A stretch of 63,686 nt of DNA, the filler included, from Octopus bimaculoides (Eukaryota): assembly GCF_001194135.2 (NCBI RefSeq). It is 4 parts of 4 records of this genome, joined end to end, with 100 filler letters (N's around TTAATTAATTAA, not from the genome) between each part and the next. Parts side by side here need not be neighbours in the genome. Positions count along the whole stretch, not along the records: positions 30,725 to 53,250 come from NC_068981.1; positions 53,351 to 58,001 come from NC_068982.1; positions 58,102 to 63,686 come from NC_069007.1; 1 more part is not named here. The stretch is one strand, 5' to 3'. The notes under the pieces are model-generated. The model ran no database searches. It worked only from the letters and a program-made list of their open reading frames with translations, and was not told the DNA's origin. Every line of letters starts with the position of its first letter. Positions within the stretch are counted from its first letter, which is position 1. Below are positions 51,408 to 63,686 of this stretch, piece after piece. The position numbers were made by a program, and so were the translations under genes.

Positions 51408-52849
51408 TATTTCTCCATGTGTGGTTAACACAACCCCACCATTTACTGATACATATATATGTATATATATATATATATATCCGATGATGGACTAGCTGGC
51501 CAAATTTCTGAAATTACTGTCAACAACATTCTTGGGTAAGAATAATAAATTTGTACTCTACAAAAGTATAGAGTATCCCATCAAATTAATGTAAAATTGT
51601 TTTTATTATAACTGAACATAAAAACAAACATTAATCATCATCTTCATCATTTAATGTCCATTTCTGATCGGTTAGATGACTTGATAGGAATTGGTAAGGC
51701 CAAGGGCCACACCAGATTCCATAGTTTGTTTTGGCTTGGTTTCTACAGCTGGTTGCCCTTCCTAACACCAACCATTACACAGAGTATAATGGGTGTTTTT
51801 TATGTGGCATCATCACAGATGCTTTTTAAGCGGCACCAGCACCAGCGTTTTTTACATGGCACCTTGGCTTTAGGATCTCAATTCTGTTGTGGTGGGCTGG
51901 TATTCTCAAGTACAGCAATGTGCTGCATATCTTGGTCTTCTGTCTTTCTCTTTTGTAAGATTCAGCATCAAAACTTTATCCCATCTCTTGCTAGGTCTCC
52001 CTCTTCCACAGCTTAATACATACATATACATACACATATATATATATATATCATCATCATCATCATCGTTTAACGTCCGCTTTCCATGCTAGCATGGGTT
52101 GGACGATTTGACTGAGGACTGGTGAACCAGATGGCTGCACCAGGCTCCAATCTGATCGGGCAGAGTTTCTACAGCTGGATGCCATTCCTAACACCAACCA
52201 CCCCGAGAGTGTAGTGGCTGCTTTTACATGCCACCTGCACAAAGGCCAGTCACATGGTACTGGCAACAGCCATGCTCAAAATGGTGTTTTTTGCGTGCCA
52301 CCTGCACAGGAGGTTGTTGCCAGCGGCACTGGCAACAACCTCGCTTGAATGATTTTCTAACGTACCACTGGCACAAATGTCAGTAAGGCGACACTGGTAA
52401 CGACCACGCTCAAATGGTGCTATATACGGGCCACTAGCATGGAAGCCAGACAGCTGCTCTGGCAATGATCACGCTTGGACAGTGCTATTAGTGCTCCACT
52501 GGCACAAGTGCCAGTCATCGAATATGGTTCAATTACGATTTCGATTTCACTTGCCCCAACAGGTCTTCGNNNNNNNNNNGGTTCAATTACGATTTCGATT
52601 TCACTTGCCCCAACAGGTCTTCGCAAGCAGAATTTAGTGTCCAATGAAGGAGAGGTTGGCATGGGTGTGCCAATTTTTAAAGGAAAGAAAACGGTCAATA
52701 AATACTTGCCATTACATTTTTAATTAACCAAATATGAACCATTTGGTTGCACAATGCGTCTCTATCTTTCCTTTAACTTAAAAATACCCTCTTCCCTTGT
52801 TGTAAGTGCATGTCAGAGTCATGTAAGGATGGGCGACTGGACATTAAAA

Positions 52850-53174
52850 GAATCGACCCTAGTACTTATTTTTATAAAACCTGGGATCTATTCTATCGGT
52901 TTCTTTTTGCCAAACTACTAAGTTATACGGAGGTAAACACACCAACAGTGTGTTAAGCAGTGGTGAGGGACAAACACAAACAGAAACATAAATCGCACAC
53001 ACAAACATGTATATGTATTTATATGACAGGCTTCTTTCAGTTTCCATCTGCCAAATCCACACACAAGGCTTTGGTTGGCCTGAGGCTATAGAAGAAAACA
53101 CTTGCCCAAGGTGCCAAGCAATGAGATTGAACTTGGAACCTTACAGTTGGAAAGCAAGGTTCTTACCACACAGC
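52850..53174 (-). mobile_element. SINE family A; additional 5' halves at 44061-44215 and 45791-45975 (+)
   Basis: Reverse complement of the 40227 element. Confidence 0.8.
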
Positions 53175-53195
53175 ATATTATATATATATATAAAG

Positions 53196-53244
<49 letters not shown>

Positions 53245-53250
53245 CATATA

Positions 53251-53350
53251 NNNNNNNNNNNNNNNNNNNNNNNNNNNNNNNNNNNNNNNNNNNNTTAATT
53301 AATTAANNNNNNNNNNNNNNNNNNNNNNNNNNNNNNNNNNNNNNNNNNNN
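53251..53350. other. Artificial scaffold-join linker
   Basis: Same 44+12+44 structure. Confidence 0.9.
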
Positions 53351-53404
<54 letters not shown>

Positions 53405-53904
53405 CCTTTCTACTATAGGCACAAGGCCTGAAATTTCTAGGGAAGGGATGAGTTGATTACATCGACCCAGTGAGTAATTGGTACTTATCGGTATTTCGTC
53501 TGCCAATCAGCCATCCAGGGTCAACGAAATAAGCACCAAACAAGCACCGGGGGTTATTCAGTCAGGTAACTCCATCTTGCAAATTTCATCATTTTCATTT
53601 TTTCTGTGCTTGCATGGGTTGGATGAGTAATTTCCAACACAATATCTTACAATTTGTCACCTACTTTGTAAAATTCAGTGTACTGAGATCAGTTCTCACC
53701 AGTTCACCTAAATCTTCTTTGGTTTTCCATTTCCCACAACCTCCTTCATCTTGGATCTCCTGACACTTCCTGACTCAGCTATCCTCTTCCAAAAACATGA
53801 CAGGTTCATACCACTCCAATATTCTCCCTTGCACACCAAAACAAGTTTTTCTTTCAGCCCAACTGTTCCTCATAATTCAAGCTCACTAACATTATAAATC
53901 CAGT

Positions 53905-54530
53905 GGAACACCATATTAGAAGTATCAGATGTGGTGTGCAAGAGAGACGAATGCGCTGGTATGGTCACGTGGTGCATATGGATGAGGACAGCTGTGTGAA
54001 GAAGCATCACACTGTAATGGTGAAGGGAACCTGCGGAAGAGGTAGACCCAGGAAGACCCAGGACAAGGTGGTGAAGCACGATCTTAGACCTTTGTAAACA
54101 GGCCATGCTTGAGAAGACCGGTCAAGCCAAGTCAGATCGTAGCCAGTGTCATGTAACTGGCTTGTTGAAAGTGCTCTCCAATCATTGGGCGATATGTTGC
54201 GAAGACGTGTTGAACCAAGTGACATCATTGTCATGGCTGATGCCAGCTCCATCTGACTGGCATCTGTGCCAGTGGCATGTAAAAAGCACTAGACAGGTGA
54301 GATCATGGTCATGGCTGATGCCATTGTCAGGTCATTGGCACCTGTGCTAGTGGCACATAAAAAGCACCCACCACTCTCTTGGCATTAGGAAGGGCATCCA
54401 TCTGTAGGAACCTTGCCAAATCAGATCATGACCTGGTGCAACCTCTTCCTCAATGGCTTATCAGTCTTCAGTCAAACTGTCCAGTTCATTGCCAGCATGG
54501 AAAGTGGACATTAAATGATGACGATGAGGG
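53905..54530 (+). mobile_element. RTE-clade LINE 3' end (ORF2 C-terminus plus 3' UTR with (GAT)n tail)
   Basis: RCGVQERRMRWYGHVVHMDEDSCVKK...GRGRPRKT is the RTE RLRW.GHV / GR.RGRP motif. It is followed by the aagggcatcc...gcatggaaagtggacattaaatgatgacgatga tail. Confidence 0.85.
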
Positions 54531-55528
54531 AACGAGCTCACTTTAAGCATTATACAACTTAACCTTCATTACAAAGACAATCCCTTTTATTGCCAACAGA
54601 GGTAACAACTCAAATTTTTTTTTTTACCCTGTTCTTATCCTTGTGATTATGCTTTTCAGCACCCTCCTCTGCAGATGATTCGATCACCTAGGTAACAAAA
54701 AACTATCAACTACTTCTATGGAATATTGAGCTAATGTATCCATTCTCTCTTCAAACTCAAACACAATCGTCTCTGCTCCTTGTGGAAACCAAACTGTGTC
54801 CCCTATACCCATGCCAAAATGCACTTGATATACCCATCTTAACTCTTTCTATTTCAACTTTCTTATTGTATATGTCTAGAAGAACATTTGCCTTGTTCAT
54901 ACATTTCCTGCAAACATTGACTTACAGGATCTCAAGCTAAAGATAGCATGAACTTCATAAACTTCATAAATGTTGAAGGACCAGCCAGTGCAGAGAGAAG
55001 ATTCTTCTTCATCCATTCTTTGACAAATTTATGAAAAGAAATACATTTCATGCTTTATTTAAGTTATCTTTCATGCAGAGAGACAGGGAATTCCTTATAA
55101 CAAGAATAAGATTGGCAAAGATCAGGAGACAATAAAAAGTGGTTCAATGAACAAAAGCAAGGAAGAAATAGATAAAAGAAAGATGCTGTAAAAAGATAAG
55201 CAAACAATCTATTAACTTTATGGAAACTAGAGCTTCACAGGAAAATATGAAAGATGAATCTGTGTGTGGGAGAAAACAAATATGAAAGTAACTCAAATAA
55301 ATCATAGATAGACTATAAATAAATTCAGCCTTCAAAAGCTAGAAATAACATATACAAAGTAAGATTCGTTACATCTGCCATGAAGTGAGGGAAAAATCTA
55401 ATGTTTCAGACAGAAATTATTCCACCATGGAATGGTAAAGACTACAACGTTCAATATTCCTTCTCACATTGCACACCCACACACATTTTCTTAATTAACT
55501 CCAGCAAACACGGATAACACTAATCTGC

Positions 55529-55571
<43 letters not shown>

Positions 55572-55591
55572 NNNNNNNNNNNNNNNNNNNN

Positions 55592-55631
<40 letters not shown>

Positions 55632-56106
55632 TTCACACTGTTTAGCCATCTGTATATATGTATTATGTGTGTTTATGAGAGGGATGAAGTGGGGAAAAAA
55701 AGGAAGCCAAGACAATTATGAATATATTGCTAAGATTATTAATTACATTTATAACTAACAATTTCGAACTAATGGCTATTCACCCTTTTCTTACTCAGTC
55801 CACTATACTTTACATCTCAGGAATTTTATAATGAAATACACACACACACACACACACACACGTCTGTGTGTGAGACTAGTGAAAAACAGATTTAGTTAAA
55901 CTCTTTATAATACAATAAATTACTTAATCTTTATCCTAGTTTCACTACTTGAATGCTGTGTAGCAATCTTTATATAGAAGCTTACATAATTACTTTGAAA
56001 TGCTAAATCTTTGGGAGAAAATAGTATTTCAATCCACTGCTATTTACTAACCTTAGTTGGCAGGCAGAAAAAATATGCCTCTGTGTGTGTGTATGTGTGT
56101 GTGTGT

Positions 56107-56145
<39 letters not shown>

Positions 56146-56208
56146 TGTGTGTGTGTATACATATATATATATATATATAGAATGTGTGTATGTAGGTGTA
56201 GCTGTGAA

Positions 56209-56537
56209 GGCACATGGCTCAGTGGTTAGAGCGTTGAGCTTACGATAGGGAGGTTGTGAGTTCGAATCCCGGACCGGGCTGCGTGTTGTGTTCTTGAGCA
56301 AGACACTTTACTTCACGTTGCTCCAGTTAACTCAGCTGTAGAAATGAGTTGCGATGTCACTGGTGCCAAGCTGTATCGGCCTTTACCTTTCCCTTGGACA
56401 ACACTGGTGGCGTGGAGAGGGGAGGCTGATATGCATGGGCGACTGCTGGCCTTCCATAAACAATCTTGCTTGGACTTGTGCCCGAGAGGGTAGCTTTCAA
56501 GGTGCAATCCCATGGTCAGTCATGACCGAAGGGGTTC
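56209..56537 (+). mobile_element. tRNA-derived SINE family C; second copy at 44781-45095
   Basis: A box TGGCTCAGTGGTTAGAGC and B box GAGTTCGAATCCC, followed by a ~260-bp body shared between the two copies. Confidence 0.85.
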
Positions 56538-56989
56538 TCAGCAGGTGTGGCTATGTGGTAAGAAGTTAGCCTTCCAGCCATATGGTTTTAGGTTCAGTCC
56601 CCCTGTGTGGTAATTAAGGCCAGCTCCACTTGAGAAGGCAAGATAATCTCAAGAATCAAGAATTTCTCCAAAGGTGACATGCCATTAAGGAAAAGGACAG
56701 GCTTAGTGTCCAGAGAGAAAAAGACAATTATGACCATGCTTCTGGCCCCATAGCTCTCATTAGCACAACAATCGGTGAGCCTTATCTTCTGTCGCAAAAG
56801 AAGTTAAACTTATAAAAAATAATAAAGAGTAGAAAACGCTTAAGGCCAAAGCAATTGGCATAATTTAAACAAAAATGATCTAAAAAAAATTACTCAGTCA
56901 TGTAAACAAATACAAGTATGTTGTTATTTGGTAATCGTGATGCATCCTCTAGCAGCAAAAATAATATTAATAAATCAAGAATTATTTTG

Positions 56990-57156
56990 TTGTGTCTTGG
57001 GAGGGTAATTACACCAATAATAACGCATGCACTGGTTCACTATCACTTCTCCATTGTTAGTCAATGACCAATTTAACCAACTGACTAACAATAGAGAAGT
57101 GAAACTGAACCAATCCATGTGTTATTATTATTGGCATAATGACCCTCTCAACACAA
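56990..57156. mobile_element. Palindromic MITE-like hairpin
   Basis: ~75-bp imperfect arms (ttgtgtcttgggagggtaattacaccaataataac... / ...gttattattattggcataatgaccctctcaacacaa). Shares sequence with 58950-59491. Confidence 0.7.
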
Positions 57157-58001
57157 GATTTGTTTCAACACACAAGTTCACATCTTGCAAACCAAGTACA
57201 AAAAATGAAATCAAAATTTATGTTCCATGTTATTCGACAAACTTGTATTTGTCTATGTTATTCAAATACTTGCAACTGACCACTTTCAATCATTTCTCTT
57301 GGCTCATTTTTGTTTAAATTATACATACATACATCACTGCATTAACCACTGTGACCAGTGATGCTATACATCGCTGACCACAATGTGCTCCTCACACTGT
57401 TTTAACTTTTGAAAAATGCCACCTCACCCACTAGGTGGGCTGCCACATAAAAAGTACCTGTGCTGGTGCTATGTAAAGGGCACCAGTTTTGGGCCATATG
57501 ATAGGCGCACATACTGGGCCACATAAAATACAGCTGCGTCAGTGCCATATACAAAGTATCCATACTGATGCCATGTAAAGACACCCAATGCACTCAGTAA
57601 AGTGGTTGGCATTACGAAAGGCACCCAGCCATTGGAACCAAGTCCAACGAGACTTGGAACCTGGTGCAGCTCTCTTGCTTGCCAGTTCCCATCAAGCCAT
57701 CCAACTCATACCAGCACAGCAAAAGGACATTCAATGATGATGATGATGGTTATATAGATTTCTAGTTATGTTTCTATATATTTACAGTAATACATATATA
57801 TATATATATAAATATATATATATATAAATATATATATATACATATGTATGTATGTATATATAATATATATATATACATGCATATATAGGTACAGGACATC
57901 ACCAATGGTGCAAATAACATGAAATAAGTAAACAAACAAGTTAAATATGTAAACAACGAGAAATGGAAAAATGGAAAACAGGACAAGTAAACACAGAGAA
58001 A

Positions 58002-58101
58002 NNNNNNNNNNNNNNNNNNNNNNNNNNNNNNNNNNNNNNNNNNNNTTAATTAATTAANNNNNNNNNNNNNNNNNNNNNNNNNNNNNNNNNNNNNNNNNNN
58101 N
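58002..58101. other. Artificial scaffold-join linker
   Basis: Same 44+12+44 structure. Confidence 0.9.
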
Positions 58102-58789
58102 GATATGAAATTTGCTTGTCGCTTCTCTGTAACCAGACCGATCCATTTCTCAACCGTATTGTAACTTGCAATAATAAAAAAACGATCTTCGCAGTGGTTG
58201 GACCAAAATGAAGTACCGTAAACCTTCCCTAAACCTGAGCTCTGCAAAAAGAAGGTTATGGTGACTGTTTGGTGGTGCACTGCTGGACTCATCCACTATA
58301 ATTTCTTAAAACACAGAAAAACCATTACTGCAGAAACATATTGCCATGAAATTGCCAAAATGAATGAAAAACTGCTACTCCTCCATCCCAGACTGGTCAA
58401 CAGAAGAGGGCCAATCATTCTTCATGACAATGCTCGATCACACGTTTTGCTAATGACACTCTAGAAGGTGAGGGAACTTGAGTACGAAGTTCTTCCCAAC
58501 TTATTCCCCAGACCTTTCTTCTACCGACTACCACCATTTGAAGCACCTTGATGGTTTCCTGCAAGAGAAGGAGTTCAAAAATCAAACCGATGCTGAAAGT
58601 GCATTCAAAAAGTTCATCAGATCCAGGACTCCAGATTTTTATGTTACCAGAATAAACAAGCTTGTAACTCGTTGACAAAAATGTGTTGATTGTAATGGTA
58701 CTTTGATGAATAAATTTTCCATATTGTTGAAATATATTGTGATGAATTTCAAGTTTCAAAATGTTGTTTACTTTTTACTCAGCCTGATA
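58102..58789 (+). mobile_element. Mariner transposase C-terminal half (DD34D domain) pseudogene with 3' TIR
   Basis: Contains KKVMVTVWW, GPIILHDNARSH, YSPDLSSTDYHHLKHLDGFL and QKCVD, with stops and frameshifts. Ends in TIR-like tttactttttactcagcctga|TA. Confidence 0.9.
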
Positions 58790-58949
58790 TATTCCTCACT
58801 ATCTTGTTCTGACTTTAAATTTCATCTGATATTGCTATATTCCAACATTTTTCCAAATGAAATATAATATAAATAAAGAGTGGAATACTTCGCTTTTGTA
58901 TTTGGTTTGCAAAATTCTTTATATGAATTCGTGTGTTGAGTCAATTTTT

Positions 58950-59491
58950 TTTGTGTGTCTTGGGAGAGTCATCATGCCAATATTAATAACACATGCACAT
59001 GTTGTTGTTTCTAGGGATAGTCATCATGCCAATACTCTTAGTAACACACCTGTTCAATTCCATTCTTTTATTATTAGTCAATTGGTAAAAGTGGCGAGCT
59101 GACAGAATTGTTAGCATGCCGGGCAAAATGTTTAACAGCATTCCGTCCATCTTTACGTTCTGAGTTCAAATTCCACCGAGGTCGACTTTGTTTTTTATCC
59201 TTTCGGGGTCGATAAATTAAGTACCAATAAAACACTGGGGTCGATGCAATTGACTATTCCCCTTCACAACAAAATTTCAGGCGTTGTGCTGTTAGTAGAA
59301 AGGATTATTACTCAATTGGTTAAATATCTATTAGTAAAGAAAGAACAAATAAAAACAAAACAAACTGTTTAACCAATAAATTTATTAGTTGGATAGATGT
59401 TTAACCAATTGACAAATAATAAAGAAGTGGAATTGAACCAGTGTGTGTGCTAAGAGTATTGGCATAATGACTATCCCTAGAAACAACAACA
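58950..59491. mobile_element. Palindromic MITE-like element (same family as 56990) interrupted by a SINE
   Basis: Arm 59000-59089 is the reverse complement of 59400-59491. A family B SINE lies between the arms. Confidence 0.75.
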
Positions 59492-61591
59492 AAAAAAAGT
59501 AGAATAGCATAGTGTGATATTACATGACATGGCGGAAACAATGCGAAAGGAAATACAAAGTGAACTACAAAAGTAAAAGCAGAATGACACTAAAAGTTTC
59601 AACTTGTATTACGATATTTAGGGGTTATGATCCCTTTCTCAGGACAAATAGATTAAATGAGAGAGAGAGAATACGTCGTTGCTCACTTATTCCATCTCTC
59701 CACATGGCTTACGGAAGGGGTCATGACACCGAAATATCTAAATATCTAATATGCTAAAACTACAAATGCTCTGTTTTCTGTTTTGCATTTCATTTTCACA
59801 TTGTTTCGGTTTTCGCAAAAGTGTTTTATCTTTTGTAATTATTAAATAAACCAATTTGAAAGATTAGGACACAAAATATCATAACTATATCACTGTAATG
59901 AAGTGGTCTTTAATGTTTTTGTCTTCAGGATACACTGGAGGTTAAATAAAAAAAATTGCTTGTACACTTCACATAGGAAGTTTAAAATAAAAAGGTTTTA
60001 AAGATTAAAAAAAAAGACACGAATATAGAAAACTGTTGCTTACTTTATTATATTAATCAAATTTAAATATAATATAATTATGAATAATAAGGTGGCAAGT
60101 TGGCAGAGTGGTTAGCACGCCGGGCAAAATGCTGAGCAGTATTTCGTCTCTCGTTATGTTCTGACTTCAAATTCCTCTGAGGTCGACTTTGCCTTTCATC
60201 CTTTCGGAGTCAATAAATTAAGTACCAGTTGTGCACTGGGGTCGATCTAATCGACTGCCACACCCCACCCCTACCCCAAAAATTTTGGGTCTTGTGCCTA
60301 GAGCAGAAAAGAATATAATTATGAATAATTTGTATTTCAAGATACCCAAGATTTGATATGGATTTTCTAATGCCTTAAATTATATTTTAAAACACTTCTG
60401 ATACTCCTGGACACCTTTTGTGGTGCATAGTTTGAGAATCACTGCTGAATCGCTTTAAAAAAAAAACCAGTCCTGAAAATATTTTAATTACATTTTTATT
60501 TTAGTTCACAATTCAGTTCTGTATTTCTGAAATAAAGTGCTTATATTATGTATACTGTTTATGTTAGTCAATTCAGTCTTGATTCTTGCTTTCGCTACAT
60601 TTCAGTTGTTGTACACTCCCGCCTTCTTCAGGTGCCTTGTGTTGAATTCGGTTGTTGCATCAGAATTTCGAATCTAACACTTTATTTGATCCACTGGGGT
60701 ACACTGTTCTTATTCTGGGTTAGGTTCGAAATTCCAGTATAGCAGCCGAGTTCGATACAAAGCACCCAAATTGGTGGAATTTGAACTCAGAGCATAAAGA
60801 CAGATGAAATACTGTTAAGCATTTCACCCGGCGTGCTAACGTTTCTGCCAGCTCACCGCCTTAATAACCTTATTATAAAGGCCACTAATTGAGGCAGAAG
60901 ACTAGCAGCTTTGAAGGGAGGAGATTAGTTGATATCATCAGACACAGTATATGACTGGTACTTTATTGACCTCAAAAGGATGAAAAGCAGCTCTGACCTC
61001 CATGGGAATTGAGCTCATGATGTAAAGAGTTGAAACACGCGAAGCATTTTTTTCCAGTGTTCTAACGATGCTGCCAACTCCCTGAATATACAATGAATTC
61101 TAATTTAAGCACAAGGTCAGCAATTTAAGAGGTGGGAGTTATTTGATACCACTAATCCCAGAACTTGATTGATGATTTGTTATATCGACCCCCGGAGGGA
61201 TAACAGGTAAAGTTGACCTCAGCAGGGGTTGAACTCAGACTGAATCTTTTGATTTAATACAGATAACAGTATGGTTGAAGTAACTACTAAGATGACATTC
61301 AATGTTTGAACCCTATTAAACATTATATCCAACGAGATGAGACAAAAAAGAAAAACAGGTTCCAATGATGTAAGTCAAGCCACTCATCTTTCTCTTGCCT
61401 CCTTTCTCTCACACTCTCTCTCTGTCTTTCTTGTCCTCTCTTACCTTCTCTCAGCCTCTCGCTCTCTCTCTCTCTCTCTCTCTCTTGTCCTCTCTTACCC
61501 TCTCTCTCTTTCTATTCCCAAATTATTGTTTAGAATAACTTTCATCATCATCAAGGATTAAAGAAAATTTGGTCCACAGAATTAAATTCAC

Positions 61592-61815
61592 CGAGCTGGC
61601 AGAAATGTTAGCATGCTGGGCGAAATGCTTAGCAGTATTTCGTCTGCCGTTACGTTCTGAGTTCAAATTCCGCCGAGGTCGACTTTGCCTTTCATCCTTT
61701 CGAGGTCGATAAATTAAGTACCAGTTACGCACTGGGGTCGATGTAATCGGCTTAATCCCTTTGTCTGTCCTTGTTTGTCCCCTCTATGTTTAGCCCCTTG
61801 TGGGCAATAAAAAAA
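61592..61815 (+). mobile_element. tRNA-derived SINE family B (young, CpG-intact); other + copies at 59090-59310 and 60093-60315
   Basis: gagctggcagaaatgttagc (A box-like)...gagttcaaattccgccgaggtcgactttgcctttcatcc (B box-like). Confidence 0.85.
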
Positions 61816-63089
61816 TAAGAATTATATTCACCTTGATTCTGATCCCTTTACTTCAGGACATTCAAGTAAAGACATGGAATTCAACAGTAACTGGACAACT
61901 CGTTTTTCATGGTCAAATCGTATTAACGAATATTCAATCTAAAAAAGAAATCAGACCAGTTATTTTTAAATATCAATTAAATCAGACGTGTTAAACACAT
62001 TTGACTTTCCAGCCCGGATAAAGACAATTATTTCTTAAAAACCGCATTCACTATGTAGATCAGAGTAAGTAGGTAAATTGATATGCAGAGATGCATGTGA
62101 AAAACTAACCCACGTTATGTGTGGGTGTATGTATGTATAGACAGACAGACAGACAAGCAGACAGACAGACAAGCAGACAGACAGACAAGCAGACAGACAG
62201 ACAAGCAGACAGACAGACAGATAGATAGATAGATAGTTAGCTATCATCAGTAAATCATAAATCCGAATGAGAAGTTATAGAGCAGGAGAGTAATTAGATA
62301 AAGNNNNNNNNNNNNNNNNNNNNNNNNNNNNNNNNNNNNNNNNNNNNNNNNNNNNNNNNNNNNNNNNNNNNNNNNNNNNNNNNNNNNNNNNNNNNNNNNN
62401 NNNNNNNNNNNNNNNNNNNNNNNNNNNNNNNNNNNNNNNNNNNNNNNNNNNNNNNNNNNNNNNNNNNNNNNNNNNNNNNNNNNNNNNNNNNNNNNNNNNN
62501 NNNNNNNNNNNNNNNNNNNNNNNNNNNNNNNNNNNNNNNNNNNNNNNNNNNNNNNNNNNNNNNNNNNNNNNNNNNNNNNNNNNNNNNNNNNNNNNNNNNN
62601 NNNNNNNNNNNNNNNNNNNNNNNNNNNNNNNNNNNNNNNNNNNNNNNNNNNNNNNNNNNNNNNNNNNNNNNNNNNNNNNNNNNNNNNNNNNNNNNNNNNN
62701 NNNNNNNNNNNNNNNNNNNNNNNNNTATATATAAGGCAGGATGTGTGTGTGTGTGTGTGTATACGTGAATGTAGTTTATGCACGTCCACAAATTAGCACG
62801 CATGTCGCTCCAATTTTAGGAGGAGATTCGGAATGACTCAATGTGCATTTTCGTCAACTTTCTCTCTCAGAGGTACCTGCATATACCTGTAAAAATCGAT
62901 TTTCAACCATAACTTTTACCAATTTCGAAGTTTGTGCCTGAAGGAGAGAGAGAAATTGTATGTTTGTGAGAGGGAGGGTGAAAGAGAAATACATTTTGTT
63001 TGCCAGCGTCTAACAGAGTATTAACAGTCGTGTGGTAAGCAGCAAACAACAAGCAAAAAGAAAAAAAATACCTTCTCTCTCTCATCTCA

Positions 63090-63383
63090 CTCTCCCTCCC
63101 TTACACACACATGCCAGTTATCTCTCTTTCTTTCTTTCGTTCTTTCTCTCCTTCTCTCACACACACAGCAACATTATACACAAAACACATGTTGCCAAAA
63201 AGAAATAGACGCTATCTTTTTATAGTGAGTATGCGAGACAGAAAGTGTGGTGTGTATGTGAAGTTCTTTTGTTAGTGTGAGAGAGCAGCATGTGTGTGTG
63301 TGTAATGTTGCTGTGTGTGTGAGACAGGGAGAGAGAGAAAGAAAGAAAGAGAGATAACTGGCATGTGTGTAAGGGAGGGAGAG
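63090..63383. repeat. Inverted repeat with ~100-bp arms and a ~90-nt spacer
   Basis: 63090-63195 matches the reverse complement of 63285-63383, including the non-simple cores catgccagttatc and cagcaacatta. Confidence 0.8.
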
Positions 63384-63686
63384 AGATAGAGAGGGAGAGT
63401 GCGCTCTCTCTATCTCGTTCGCGTTCTTTCCCAACACTTTTTATCGAAACTGCCGAATTGATGTAAACAAACCTGTGGTCTGATTTTCACGTTTCTAGGT
63501 ATTGTACCGTAAATTGCCATTTCCAAAATATATTTATTTTAAATCATTTATCCGTATTTATCCGTATATATATGTAAGGCAAGATGTGTGTGTGTGTGTG
63601 TTTTGTTGATATACGGGCAACACACACACACACACACACACATACGAACATGTATGCGTACAAAAAATATGTATGCAATTGGTGTA

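Noticed and set aside
52526-52623. Exact ~44-bp duplication
   Set aside because: It flanks a 10-N gap; contig-overlap artefact.
54926-55017. 92-nt minus-strand segment with a GTAAGT donor, similar in size to MLH1 exon 2
   Set aside because: The translation does not resemble MLH1, it lies upstream of the ATG exon and in another scaffold block, and the acceptor is weak.
56209-56285. tRNA gene
   Set aside because: A and B boxes are present, but the sequence continues into a SINE body shared with 44781, and I could not form a proper acceptor stem.

Overview
AT-rich, microsatellite- and transposon-dense eukaryotic genomic DNA. The SINE families and repeat landscape suggest an Octopus genome (inference). 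Three artificial 100-nt linkers (44 N + TTAATTAATTAA + 44 N at 30625, 53251 and 58002) divide the window into four joined blocks. The only confidently recognisable host-gene sequence is the first coding exon of MLH1 (minus strand, 50279-50155), whose phase-2 intron position matches vertebrates; no later MLH1 exon was found. The rest is mostly tRNA-derived SINEs, RTE-type LINE 3' ends, decayed LINE, Penelope-like and mariner relics, MITE-like foldbacks and simple repeats. The most interesting signals are: (1) several minimal type I hammerhead-ribozyme-like motifs, including a pair in a ~360-bp diverged direct repeat that resembles a retrozyme or Penelope terminal repeat; (2) a ~780-bp near-perfect palindrome just upstream of the MLH1 start codon, plus four other long hairpins; (3) a sharp CpG-rich versus CpG-depleted switch at a scaffold join; (4) a three-level nested transposon insertion. 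All alignments and folds were done by eye; repeat boundaries are approximate.
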